A stretch of DNA of 63,671 nt, the filler included, from Dicyema japonicum (taxonomy: Eukaryota; Animalia; Dicyemida): the NCBI GenBank assembly GCA_011109175.1. It is 10 parts of 10 records of this genome, joined end to end, with 100 filler letters (N's around TTAATTAATTAA, not from the genome) between each part and the next. Parts side by side here need not be neighbours in the genome. Positions count along the whole stretch, not along the records: positions 1 to 21,033 come from RDEW01000181.1; positions 21,134 to 23,400 come from RDEW01000090.1; positions 23,501 to 27,382 come from RDEW01000125.1; 7 more parts are not named here. One strand, given 5' to 3'. The notes under the pieces are model-generated. The model was given only the letters and a program-made list of their open reading frames with translations, did not search any database and had not been told where the DNA came from. Positions 12,637 to 25,479 of the stretch are shown one piece after another. How positions within the stretch are numbered: position 1 is the first letter of the stretch; each line of letters begins with the position of its first letter. Position numbers and translations under genes: made by a program.

Positions 12637-14965
12637 ATGGATTATAGCACAATTGTGATTTTCAAAATTTCATCCCTTTTAATCTTACTTTTTTTTGGAA
12701 GTAACAATTTCTTAATTATATAAAGATTCAAAACAAAATGAAATATATAATTACAACAATCACGCATATTCTCTTTCTTCTGACCAAATATCAGATGGAT
12801 ACTACCTAAAATCCAGATGTAGTGGTAGTTGGTACCCTATTGACATAACTGATGAAAACGAAAATACTGCAATTGGAAGTACAATTACCACTATTGATAT
12901 TTTATAGGCACTCTTAGATATGATCACTTTATTGGAATAGTGAATGATTATTGGTGGAGTTGGGATTTTAAATGGAAAAGTTACCACACTAGTCAAGAAT
13001 TGGTAATATTAAAATTTAATGAAACAAGACATACACAAATTGGAAATCTAGCCCATGGGATTGGGACGAATACGCAAAAATAGAGGCTGTTAGCAGCAAA
13101 TGGTATTCGATACTCTGGTCAGATGGATATTACATTTGTGAGCAAGGTATCTAGTGAAATTGACTTTTAGATGCAATTTCTGCAAATGGTATTCGATACT
13201 CTGGTCAGATGGATATTACATTTGTGAGCAAGGTATCTAGTGAAATTGACTTTTAGATGCAATTTCTGCAAATGGAATAAATATAACTGCAAAAAAACTA
13301 ATAAACGGTAAATTGTGGTTACACATAAATAGTATAGCCAGAGTATGTCTTGACTTATCGTCGCCATACATATTACATATATCGGGCAACTCGTGACTAT
13401 GGAACAGTGAGAAGAATATGCCACAATGATCACAATGGGTATTTGTTTATTCCTAATGATGGAGAAGAAAATTGTGCATTTCACGGTAATTTGGTGTGAT
13501 TCTTTGCAGAGTATTTATTGAATGACGGTTATGTCGGAATAACTAACAATAAGAATACTTTTACGACTGAAAAACAATACGTCGCTGTTTTTGTGACGTT
13601 TAAATTTTAGAGATATTTACCATGGAGTGATAATAACCCTACTTCTCGAAAATGTGTTGTGAGGTCGAAATTGAACGGAGAATTTCAGAGTTCAGATTGC
13701 AGTGAAATNACAATAAGAATACTTTTACGACTGAAAAACAATACGTCGCTGTTTTTGTGACGTTTAAATTTTAGAGATATTTACCGTGGAGTGATAATAA
13801 CCCTACTTCTGAAGAATGTGTTGTGAGGTCGAAATTGAACGGAGAATTTCAGAGTTCAGATTGCAGTGAAATCATGTCATACTTTGTATGTGAGACTGAC
13901 GAAATTTATGATAACCCAAAATATGTTTTTTGCAATTCGACATACAGAAAATGTATATTCCTACATGAAATGTAGATTATTTTTCACAAGTTTTTACATT
14001 CAATCACTCAACGTATTATATTTTTGACGTTGACGTTTTGTACGCAGAAGCTAAAGACATTTGTGATTATAGAGAAGCAATCATTTATGTGCCTAGAAAT
14101 TCCATGGAAAATTGTATTTTTTCTGGTAAAAATGAATAATAATAAAAGAAAATGTCGATTATTCAATTCAGCTTAACTATGGCGAATATTTTGTGAAAGG
14201 AATCTTATCTCCGAATGATTTGATTTATTCAGTTAATTTTAATATTACTCTAAGAATTATACAAATTGGGATGATGGATACCCAATTGAAAGCGATAATA
14301 AAAAATGTGTTTATCAAAACTTTAAACGGGGGAGGTGGACTAATGATGAATGTAACCCCTCGAAATTTGCATGCATTAAAAAGGCAAACAAAAGTTCATG
14401 TTGATTTATTTGGAGATGTACAGACGAATGCAATATCAGACTGCAAAAATCATAAATACCGTTTATTATTTTTATCAATTTTTCAGTTAAACAAGAATTT
14501 AGAAAAAATATAAATATTGGCAAATATAGTTTTTACATATATGCTATGCCAATGACTTTTTATGAAGCTCATCATCTTTGTATTCACCAAAATAAAACTT
14601 TGATTACTCCCATCTCTTCGACTATTGTTAATTCTATTCTAAATGGTACTTGGCATCCAAATTTAGAAATTTTGTTTAAGGGAATTTTTATTGATCATCG
14701 TTTAGTGTGGAATGATACAACACTTATTTGGAATGATGGTGCGACTCCTGTTTATGATATATGTTATATATTTAGATGACTCCAAATTGGGGAGTTGATC
14801 AGCCAAGTCATATTGATGAAAAACTTGCGTGTATCGTGATTCTAATTAACGGAACTTGGAAAACCGAATACTGTAATAAATACAACATCCCTGTTTGTTA
14901 TACAACCAATGAATCATACAAAACTTCCAGTCAACCTACGACCAACAACACAAATTCATCTCAGT
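12637..14965 (+). CDS. Secreted/surface multi-domain C-type lectin (about 4 CTLDs, tiny introns, 3' end truncated)
   Basis: Signal-peptide-like MDYSTIVIFKISSLLILLFF. Repeated CTLD motifs: TFYEAHHLC, NWGVDQP..ACIVILINGTWKTEYC..PVC, NWDDGYP..KCVYQNFKRGRWTNDEC..FAC. Introns of 23-30 nt. Ends at an N/LINE junction. Confidence 0.8.
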
Positions 14966-14966
14966 C

Positions 14967-15955
14967 NTGAATTTTCAGGGCCAATTTCCCGTGATCTGGA
15001 GTCAAGTCTCATAAGGGCCTCCAGAGGCGTAGGTCCGGGTCGATGATCTTCACAAATCCAACGCTCCGTTACTCTGTAAGCCCTCTTTTGCATTTCCTCA
15101 ATTTTCCTCATATTTGTCCAAGATATGGACGGACCCCACGAGGCGCATGCATATGAGAAACATGGCTCGATGTATTGTTTATATACGTTCATCAAGACTG
15201 GGTGAGAACCACTCTTCCAAATTCCTGATAAACTTTTCAATACGTTCAGTTTCTTCTCGCATTTCAATAGAATGTTTTCTACGTGAGGTGTTAAACAGAG
15301 ATGCATATCAATTGTTACACCCAAGATCCTTTGACATCTGTGGAAAGGGATGCCGACCTTGTTTAACTTCAAGGTGACTGTCTTCCTTCCCAATNGTACT
15401 GTTTGTACACGTTCATCAAGACTGGGTGAGTACCACTTTCCATATTCCTGATGAAATTTTAAATATGTTCAGTTTCTTCTCACATTTCAATATAATGTTT
15501 TCTACGTGTCAAACAGAGATGCATATCAATTGTCACACCAAAGATCCTTTGACATCTGTTGAAAGGGATGCCGACCGTATTTAACTTAAGCCTGTCCAGG
15601 TTAATTTGTATTCTTTCTGTGGTCTTCTGGATGTCCTGATCTCGTGAAGCCTAACACAACATCATCCGCATAGGAAAGTATAAAAATTCTTTTATTCTCC
15701 CGAGCTCAAGCCTCTCCAGGATATTTGACATAGAAAATAGTAGTGACACTGGTCTAAAAGACGCTGGTCCTGATGGGGTGGTCTTCTCGGTTTCAATATT
15801 GGACGAATTTTTGAGTTTCCATAAAGTCGGTATGATATTTATGTTTAGCGATGTGTTGTAGATTGTCAATGCTGGGCTCAAGTGTCTCAGCAGAATAAGA
15901 GGAATCAGACGCCTCAACATCTTCCACATGTTGGAAATTGAGGTCTGATTATTCA
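14967..15955 (-). mobile_element. I/Jockey-like LINE RT/3' fragments
   Basis: SFRPVSLL..ILER and RILGVTIDMHL. Nearly identical to 54400-54900. Confidence 0.8.
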
Positions 15956-15959
15956 TGAC

Positions 15960-17595
15960 AAACAGAGATTCGCATGAGTTTCCTCCTTCGGGTGGTGTTT
16001 GTCAGAATGTTTAGTGCTCTGATTCGATTAATGACCTCTCGTAATCTATGTGTCATTCCCTTAAGGGTGCTTCTTTCCATAATTATTTTTTTGGAAGTTG
16101 CTGTGAGTTTTCTTGACGAGGATAACAAAAGACTTGTCCGTTTTTTATTATCGAACACTGAATTAACTGTACGAGTTGGAGACAGAACATCGAAGCTTTT
16201 CGGTACAACAGTTGGAATACTTCAGGGGGACTCTCTATCTCCGGTTATATTTGTCGTATACCTCAAAACGGCATTGAGAGCTCTTGGAACAAAATGTGAA
16301 GGATGCATGCCGATGGAGATTATATATGCAGATGACAGATTTTGTGCCAGAAAATGATTTGGAACTTGGACTTGCTTTAGAGAAAATCCCTGGAGAATAC
16401 AAGAATTAGTCTCTGTGAGTTACTCAGGAAAAGACTGAACAAATAGGAATCACAAGGGAATCAAAATATATTGATGAAAGTTGGAAGGAAAAAAGGAATT
16501 TGGGATCTTTACTTGGTAATAGTAAGGACATGATGTATAGAGAGTTCTAGCCACTGCCATGTATAAGAAAATGCAGAAGATATAAAGTCGACGAAAACTA
16601 ATAAAAACAAATCCAAGGATAAAACTATACAACGCATATATAAATCCGGTGCTTATGCAAAACTCGGGTACATGGGGGATCACAAAACTAGAGCTCAAGA
16701 AAATGGATATATTTCATCGAAAAAAATACGCAATTTACTGGGCCTAGGTTGGCCCAAAAAGATTTCAAATAAGAAATTATACTCTGTGGCACAATCGAGT
16801 CCAATAAGCATTGACATTATTGAATCAAGATAAAGACTGTTTGGACACGTGCTTAGAATGGACATAAACGCCCCTGCAAATATTATAATGGACAATTACT
16901 TTAACAATGAGAACAAACTATCGTTTAAAGGAAGGCCTAGAGTCACCCTCTCCGTGGCTCTGAACAAGAATATTAATAGAATTGGAATTGGTTGAAGTTT
17001 CTGTTTGTTCGTCTGTTCCTCCTCTCTTTTTTTATTAAGTGCCGTCATGTGATCCACCTGTCTAGGTGGCGCCCGGTGCCAGGCCGGCACGTAAAAGGAT
17101 CATTTGCGCTCCCCCACTCCACTGGAGGGGTTTCCTGCAAGTATAGACGTCTTTTACCCTTTATGTTGATNCTCTCTCTTCCTATTAAGTGCCGTCATGT
17201 GATCCACCTGTCTAGGTGGCGCCCGGTGCCAGGCCGGCACGAAAAAGGATCATTTGCGGTCCCCCACTCCACTGGAGGGGTTTCCTGCAAGTATAGACGT
17301 CTTTTACCCTTTATGTTGATTCCGGATGGACTCTGTTTCTGTAAAAGTGGAAACTAGATACACTTAATTAGTTGTTTACCTTAACTTTTTTATCGGTGTA
17401 TCCGGGGTTAATAAATAAATAGAATTGGAAGAAAACTTAAATCTGTAGAAGACCTAGAAGATCTACGGACAGATGCGCAAAGCAGAGGGCGATAGAGACG
17501 CCTAGTGAATCAAATTTCGAAACGTATGGCACAAATGGGACCTTATTGAATATAACGTTTTTTGGTTCTGTGAAAGTGCTTTTAATAATAATAAT
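15960..17595 (+). mobile_element. RTE-clade LINE 3' half, interrupted by SINE B
   Basis: GILQGDSLSPVIF, YADD, RIKLYNAYI, FGHVLRM and KGRPRVTL, followed by a (TAA)n tail. Confidence 0.85.
16988..17417 (+). mobile_element. SINE family B, 5'-truncated, with TSD
   Basis: 13-bp TSD AATAGAATTGGAA at 16975-16987 and 17418-17430. Internal single-N duplication. Confidence 0.85.
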
Positions 17596-18043
17596 TGGAG
17601 ACGATAATAGCGGCCTTCCATCTAAAGACTGTTATCTGCTTTTATACTTACTCATTAATGACTGGGTGATGAGGGACGACAGGGAGAAATTTCATCCCCT
17701 CGGGTATATTTATTATTTTATGAAGTAAACTTAGGTTTTTATATTTGAGAATTACTTTTGTAAATTGGCAAAAACTAACCACAAATCTGCTAATTTAAAA
17801 ATAAGTGATTTGTTTTATGAATTCCCAAGTTTAAAACGTTAAACAAAATTGCTAGTTAAAAGTCAATTTTCAGGACAAGGTCCCCATCCTGACCTGCAAG
17901 CATTGAAAACCCAATGGGAGTTATCCCCTTTAATTTTACATCAATATTAGTATAACTTAAACATTATTGTGTAACAGAATATTCTAGAATTATTTATTAA
18001 TCAAAATGTTTGTTAGTTATGTTAATTAGGAGGATATAACAGT

Positions 18044-21033
18044 TTATTCAGAATCTGATAATTGGGGTGGCTTAGAAGGTTTCATCCTCTAAAATGGTGC
18101 ATATAAAATACAGATAAAGTCATAGTTTCCCTTGACTTTAGTCTCAGCCTTTGCATTTCACTTTCAATATTTTCAGCCCTCTCTTCACTTTCCTCCAGTT
18201 CCCTCTGAACCTTCTTGTACTTTTCGATATTCAAATTGGCGATTTCTTCCTAAGTTAATGTTACTCGATGGATTACAGTATCGACAATCTGTCTCTTAAA
18301 AAATTTTATTTTTTGCTGCAAACTGTCGATCGTGTCATGGGCCTTCTCAAGGCTTCGCTTGTCTTCTTCGCTTTGGAAGAGATAATCCTTCAGTTTGTTT
18401 TCAACCTTCGTTTAATCGAGAAATAAACTTTCTTTAACGTTTTCTGAGTTTCCTGATGTGCTCGTTGGGAGTTTTCAAATTCGATATCATACTCACGTGT
18501 TTTCTGCTCGAATTGTGTAGTCAATTTTCTCTCATTTTTCGAATTTATACTTTCCATGGTCTCCATTTGATTCTATTTATGATTATTGGGGTTACTTGGA
18601 TTTCCACTATTGTGTTCCCAAGCTGGAGGTTTAGGGATTCATGTTCTCTCAGAGATTTATCCTTCTCCTTTATGGCATCGGATAACTTCTGGTTCTCCCC
18701 GTGCATCTTCCGTATCTTGTCCTCCGCCGAACTTAGCTGAGTTGCAAGCTCAGATAAGTCGTTATTCGCAGAATTCAAATCCATCTCCAGTTTTCTCTTG
18801 CTCCCCGACAAAGTGTGATTTGTCCCCAATGCGTCACTCAATTTGCCATCAACCTCTTTGCTGTAGTAGTCAGACGCCATTCTGTTTTTCTCACTCTAAG
18901 AGTATTTCAAAAAAGTCTTACAATTTCCAAATGTGCCTTCAAGTCCTCCACCTCCACGTGCAACAAATTATACTTTCTTTCATAGTGTCCCAACGATTCT
19001 TTCAAAGTCAACACGTTCTGCTGTTCCTCTTCCAACTGTTGATTCGAAAGGCTGAGTTTCTCTTCTCCCTGTTTGATATTCTTCTCAAAGTCCTGAATTC
19101 GCCTTGAATTGGCTAACAACTCAATTTCGAGTCGAGAGATTTTCTCTTCCAGTTTTTTGCGATTTTTTCCCGCTTCTTGCTTTCCACGAATTTCAGACTC
19201 AAGTGAGGATTCCAGCGATTCTATGACTTTTTGGTAATTTCTTTGAGCATTATCAAACTCTTCCTCTTTATCGGCCATTTTTGTGGAAAGTTGAGACCGA
19301 ATGTCGTCAATTTCATTTTGAAGTTTATTTCCCTTGTTAATTTCTAATTCTAACACAGTTTCTGTCTCTTCCAACGAACTCTGGAGTTCTTCGTAGTCTT
19401 GCTCCAGTTTCTTTTTACTCTTACTGACCTCTATGGAGATTTTCTTTTCGTTCACAAGTTTGTCCTGAAAACCTTTGATTTCCACTGAATTTATGAAAAA
19501 GCTAAACTTTTCAAATTTTTATTTTCCTTTTTAAAGGTTTCTAAATTCATTTTCTTGTCCTCGACTTCTCTCTTCAGTTTATAAACTTCCTCCAAATTGG
19601 CCTTTGCCTCAGAACGTGTTTTTTCGACTTCAATTTGCAGTTCGTTGCTCTTCCCTTTACTTTCCGCCAATAATTTGTCCATTTGTTTGGTCTTCTTTTC
19701 CAACTGGGAGTAATCACAGTTAATCTAAGATTATTAAGTTAGGATACCTTGTCTACTTCCATAAGTAACTCCTCCATCTGAGCCTGCAGCTTATTTTTTG
19801 ACTTTTCGGTGGTAGAAATCTTTATTTGATGTTGACTGATTTCTTCTTCCAAATCGATAATTTTGGATGCCAATTTTTTCCTAAGATTTTTCCTTAAACG
19901 TCAAACTTTGATTCCTCGAGCTCTTCCACTTTAAAAATGCCTTCTGATTCGAACTTGGTCTTCCACTGTTGGCATTCTGCGTTGGCCTTCGATAGGAGTC
20001 TTTGAAGGTCAGATTTTGTCTCCAGAGATTCTTCTAACTGTTCTTTCAAGTCACTGATATCTTTTTTGTATTCCTGAATTTCGGCAGTCATTTTCTGTTT
20101 GCCTTTTTGGATTGCTTCTAGATTTCGTTCGACTTCCTCAAGTCGTTTAGAGGAAGAATTAGAAGTCTTGGTTTGTTTATTCAGCTATGATAACTTAATT
20201 TTGTTACTTTTGTCTCGAAATCATCAACTTGTCGCTTCAGCTCTGTCTTTTCTTTCTCTAGTTTTGCCATGAGCTGGTTAGAATCGGAGAGAAGTCTGAC
20301 ATTTTCGTCCAACTTATCATTACCCTCCTGGATTTGACTTTCTAGAGATTTATTCGACTTTTCCAAATTGGACTGATCGTCAAGTTTCGATATTTACCTT
20401 GATTTTGAGAATCTGTTCAATTTCCTCAGCCAACGATTCATTCTCGAGGACCAGTTCAGCCTTTTCACGGTCAAGTCTGTAAATCACAAAACTAGTCCTT
20501 ACTTTGAATATTCCTTCTGGCTTTGATCAATTTGATCAGTGAGATCGGTTACAGTTTCCTGATTTCTTTTTTTAATGCTTTGAACCGAATTTTCATGATT
20601 CAGAGACATTTCCTCAATTTCGTACTTCAATTTTTGTACCTCCAACTCCCGTTTTTTGTTTGTTTCGACCTTAAATGAATATCAAGGCATTACTTGAGTC
20701 TTTGTTACTCTGTCAGCTTCTTCGAGTTTTTCGTTCAGATCATCCACCGTTAGTTGTAATTCGTTCCGTTGTTTTTCTGATTTTTGTCTAGTCTGTTTCT
20801 CCGATTGGAGTTCCTCCTCAAACTCATTCGACTTAATCTAATGATCAAACTATTCCTTCCAACGTTGGCTTCCTTCAATTTTCTACTGATCTGGGAAATT
20901 GAATTTTTAGAGTCTTCATTTTTCTGCTTTTCCTTCAGCAGTTCGTTTTCCTTCCTATTTGAGTGTCAGGATTTATCGAACCTTTTAAGAGCACTGTCGA
21001 CCTCTTCTTTTTCCTTTTCGGTGGTTTCGATGT
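18044..21033 (-). CDS. MYH: Myosin II heavy chain rod (sarcomeric-type), 5' part lost in gap; 14 introns of 23-27 nt
   Basis: Spliced translation includes FEEELQSEKQTRQKSEKQRNEL, LSKANAECQQWKTKFESE, SLESEIRGKQEA..KKLE and EEIANLNIEKYKKVQRELEESEERAE. Similarity extends upstream of where paramyosin would begin. Confidence 0.92.
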
Positions 21034-21299
21034 NNNNNNNNNNNNNNNNNNNNNNNNNNNNNNNNNNNNNNNNNNNNTTAATTAATTAANNNNNNNNNNN
21101 NNNNNNNNNNNNNNNNNNNNNNNNNNNNNNNNNGTTTACTCTATCCTTGTCCCTCCAACTCTTAAATGACAAGATTGAAGGCTTATTTGCCTTGAAGGCT
21201 CAAAGGCCAATACAATTTCAGAATGATAATGTTAACCACTTTAAGAAGAAAGTATAATAACCACTGCATTGATACGTTGGCTGGTGAAGTAATATTTCT

Positions 21300-21523
21300 G
21301 ACTCATTCCAATGTTGAACGAGACGCAGACCCACTTGTCCTATTCTAGTCCTTCGGGTTATTGTTTAAAAAAATTGATAAGTAATAAAAGGTATGTGATT
21401 GCCATAAGAATTACAGAGTTCCTTCGTTCACAAAAGTTAAAAAAGTGGGTGTCATGCTTAACAAAGCCAAACAAAGTCTTGGGCAAGCAAAGAGATGCTA
21501 AATTAATTTTTAGCCAGAGATAG
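21300..21523 (+). pseudogene. Possible Vps16-like fragment
   Basis: LSYS..LKKLISNKRYVIAIRITEFLR resembles, from memory, Vps16 LTYSQ..[21 protein letters not shown]. Confidence 0.3.
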
Positions 21524-23049
21524 ATGATGTCCACATAGAACAAGTGCAAGTTACATTTTGACAGCCTTCGTAAGAAAGTCATTAAAAAAAGCATTAACAG
21601 ATGAAATAAATAAATTGATAATTCCTTTTTTTAATATTTTTAATATTTAAAAATTAAAAATAATGGCGCTATAACGCTGGATGGTTAAGTTTATGACTCT
21701 ATATTTTAGAATGTCTTAATCTTTTTAAGAAAAATACGACCTTTCGTTCCATTTCTTCTCGCGTGAATGGACAAGATGATGGAATGGAGACATTGAATAC
21801 AAAAATTTGCAGCATGGAAGAGTCGATTGCCGCTCTCTCGCTATATACATATAGCAAATTGGAGATGATACTGTCGAGATTCTTGAAATGGACTCCCAAA
21901 TCGCTCGTATGGAAGACGGAAAGTGTAACACCAGTCATTAATTTCTTAACGTAACGCTAAAGATACGGTTTAAAATGGCCATGTATCCTGAAGATCCATT
22001 TATTCGGAAAGTAAGATTATATCTAGAAGCCAGTCCAAGATACGAGAAGTAACCTGTGGAGGTTAATCCAAGATTCCAAGACCAATCGCACAAAGAAATT
22101 TTATGTGGGTACCGGGATCACTTAATTTACACGATAACTCATAATCCTTTCTGTGGTTCCTCGGTTAACAAAAAAACTTAGTATTAACGGAATCTATCGA
22201 TTTTCTTAGATAAACCTATTCAGTATATATATTTTATAATTTAGAAAATACATACAATATATTTGATGTCCTTGGTCATGGTTGTTAAGGTGGGGATTAT
22301 TTCTTGAAAAAATTTCCTCAGTAAGTGTCACTTAATTGCTAGTGAACTCGAAACAATTTTAATACTAGTCAAGATTTTCCCCATCGATATAACCGTGATA
22401 GTTTAGTTTCTTCTTGAAAATTATGTGCTTTGAATTTAAACGCGAATTCCAGGGAACACAATAATCCATAATGAGAAGGAGAAAAGGAAGGTCTCTTGAC
22501 TTTGACAAGAATGAGTCAAAAAGACGAGAACGACAGAGAAAACTCTTTCTATGTTCCTTGAAGTGGACTTCTAAATGATTGGGAGACGTCTCAGAGATAG
22601 AAGGATATGGATAGATAACGGGAGCTTGCTTATTAAAATTTACAATTGGGAAAGATGACTTTGTTATTAGGTGGTTTTGGTATTATATTATAGTAATTGG
22701 CTCTGGGTTAAGCTCCCCATGCTCTCTCGCCTGCTGGTTATGTTATTTTGTTCTACTAGAGCAACATCATGTGATCCACCTGTCTAAGGTGGCCCTCAGT
22801 GGCAGGATGTTTTGGTATTAGCTTATATGAGTTTATTAATATTATAATATAAAAAGTTGTATTTTTCAAATTATTAATTTCTGGTGTATGACTTTTTAAG
22901 GCCCTCTACTACACTACAACAAAAAAATATGAGAATGGACACCTAACAGGAAAATTATAAATCATTTATTAAATACCTAAAACAACTCGAGATACAGGAA
23001 GACTTCAAACTTAACTCCGCAGGTTTCGATCTTTTCTTGAAAGAGACAA

Positions 23050-23400
23050 AGTGTTCTTTTGAAGACGACTAGAGAGTCATTTCGTTTGTAGAAGATTAGT
23101 TTCCCCACCCTCTGCCGAAGCCACCTTTGTGGGTAAATTAGTATCATTAGAAGTCGACTTTCTCACGCGAGAGTCGACCGCGAAAAACCTAAAAATCAAG
23201 AAATTTTTTTGCCTTGGGGACCGGTACCGATTTACTCCTGTAGCGGTCGAGTCATCGGGAGCCGTTGGCCTAATGACGGCTGAATTCTAGCGCGAACATG
23301 CAGAAATGCTTACCGGAAAGAAAAGGATCAAGGAGAAGGGTTATGGCTGAGACAAAAGATTGGAATGGCCATACTCTGAGGGAACTTTTCGCGATCCACG
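23050..23400 (+). mobile_element. CRE-like LINE 3' fragment
   Basis: YRFTPVAVESSGAVG..WLRQKIGMAIL. Confidence 0.7.
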
Positions 23401-24419
23401 NNNNNNNNNNNNNNNNNNNNNNNNNNNNNNNNNNNNNNNNNNNNTTAATTAATTAANNNNNNNNNNNNNNNNNNNNNNNNNNNNNNNNNNNNNNNNNNNN
23501 TAATGTTCCAAATATTTAAACATAGCAATATTCCGCAATTTACAGGATTTGGTTATTTGATCATTTATTTAAGGCAAACAATGCGTCAATTTAACAGTCT
23601 TGAATAAGACTCATCCAACTGTCTTGAATAAGACATTTCATAATAATCTAAAATTCAAAATAATTGGAGCTGTTGTTTCATTAAAAGTTGTCATGGTAAT
23701 ATTTATTGCTATTTATTATTTTAGAGAAGACGTTGCGAATTTCGTAGTTTAGTGACAATTAATTATTATATTAGCTATAAAATGGATTTCTTTTCAACTT
23801 TTTATTGTCGCTATTATATTTTTCTGACCTTAGTCTAGATTCTTGTGGTTAGGGAATCATGTTATAACAATTGTGCTGGGTTTATTCTCTTAAATGTTAC
23901 TTGTTTATAGTTTCTATATATATTCTGTTCCCTATCTTTCCGCTTATAGTGGCATTATTTGTTCTATCCATATCAGGTCACTCCAGTGCAAAATGGCACA
24001 AAACCATTTGCTTTTCTTAAATTCAGTTAAAATAAGTAGGTAACTTGCTCAACTCTTACATCGATATGATTCGGATTTCGAAAATTTCTGAAATATCTGC
24101 TGAAATATAAATCCTTGTTTTAATATTTAAATTAATCCAGAAAGCATGAATCGGCAGTATGTTCTCTCAGATAATTGTTTCGAGTGTATGGGTTATCAAC
24201 AGAAAGCAGCAATATCTAATCGACAGGGGTAAGAAATACTCCAATCAACCATGTCACTTCTAATTCAGTCCCTGGCCCATTCCTATTCAAATGACGTTCA
24301 AATCTTCAAATCAACTGCAGTGCGTGTTATTGAGCACCAGTATTTCTCATTCATTTCCATATTATGAAGTCGAGTGGTTTTCTTTACTGAAGTCTTATGA
24401 TTATTGATTTGTTTTTGTT

Positions 24420-25395
24420 GGAATCAATGTAAGCTTCCTACACGCCTCAGAGGTACGGATCTCAGGTCGGCGCTGGAGATCGCCTTTCCAGCATATGTGT
24501 CATTGCTCTCAATGGAAGCTTTTTGGTCCAAGATATCCAACGTTTTCCAACCGGACTTTCTGGGAAAAAGTCTTCGACGAAGATCGTCGCGAATGGTGTG
24601 AAACTGGTTTGGATATGCCGAACGATCCTTCGAGGCAACGTGACAGGGACGAGATCTACCCCCAGAATTACTTTGACCGGCTAAAAGCCGAGGCCAACCA
24701 GCCTTCTCTTGCATGCCTCGTGTTCGCCGCCAACCATGGGAGTGGAGCGTGGCTGGATGCACTACCGTGTTCCTCCCTGGGGACCCTTTTGGACGATGAC
24801 TGTATTCGAATTGGAATCGCACAACGCCTGGGAGTTGATGTTTGCGTCGAACATCAATGTCGTTGTGGAGGGATCGTCGATGCTATCGTGCAAAAGGAGT
24901 GCGGACAGAGCACCCGCCATGCTGCTATGAACAACATTGTCATGCGTGCTCTTTAAGCTGCTGGCTTCCTGGCAGTACTGGAGCCCGTAAGATTGGACCG
25001 CGGAGACGGGAAAAGACCGGATGGGTTAACTATCTTTCGTTCACTGAAGGAAAATCGCTCGTATGGGGCTGCACTGTTGTGGATTCTTTTCAAACTTGAT
25101 GATACTCAGCTCGGCGCAATCTGCTGGATCGGCAGCCGACCTGGCCGAGAAAATCAAGATTAAAAATATGGCGAAATTGGGACCGCAACAGTTTTGTACG
25201 GTGACAGTCAGACGTCTGGTGCGGCCGGAAGTATTACAGTCTTTTTCCTGAAGGAAATCGGGGGAAAATTGGCCCACCGCAAGAAAGACGTGCGGGAAGT
25301 GGTCTGGCTGAGGCAACGAATTGGGATCGCAGTTGTCCGTGGAAACGCTTACTCCGTATGTCAGCAGCCGCTTTCCCCCATAGTTAATAAATAAT
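24420..25395 (+). mobile_element. CRE-like (RLE-type) non-LTR retrotransposon 3' part
   Basis: SGAWLDALP..LGT..RLG, CxC zinc knuckle, RH, LEP..DGKRPDG and RIGIAVVRGN. Confidence 0.85.
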
Positions 25396-25479
25396 ATTTT
25401 ATATTATTTTATATTTAAAAAAAGCATATAAAAAATTATTTTGTTAAAAAAATAAAAATTTAAAACAAAAAATTTTACC

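Noticed and set aside
21034-21133. Recurring N-TTAATTAATTAA-N motif (also at 23401, 27383, 39411, 40707, 53971, 57073, 58943, 62073)
   Set aside because: Artificial scaffolding spacer with stops in all frames. It is not biological, and adjacency across these gaps is uncertain.
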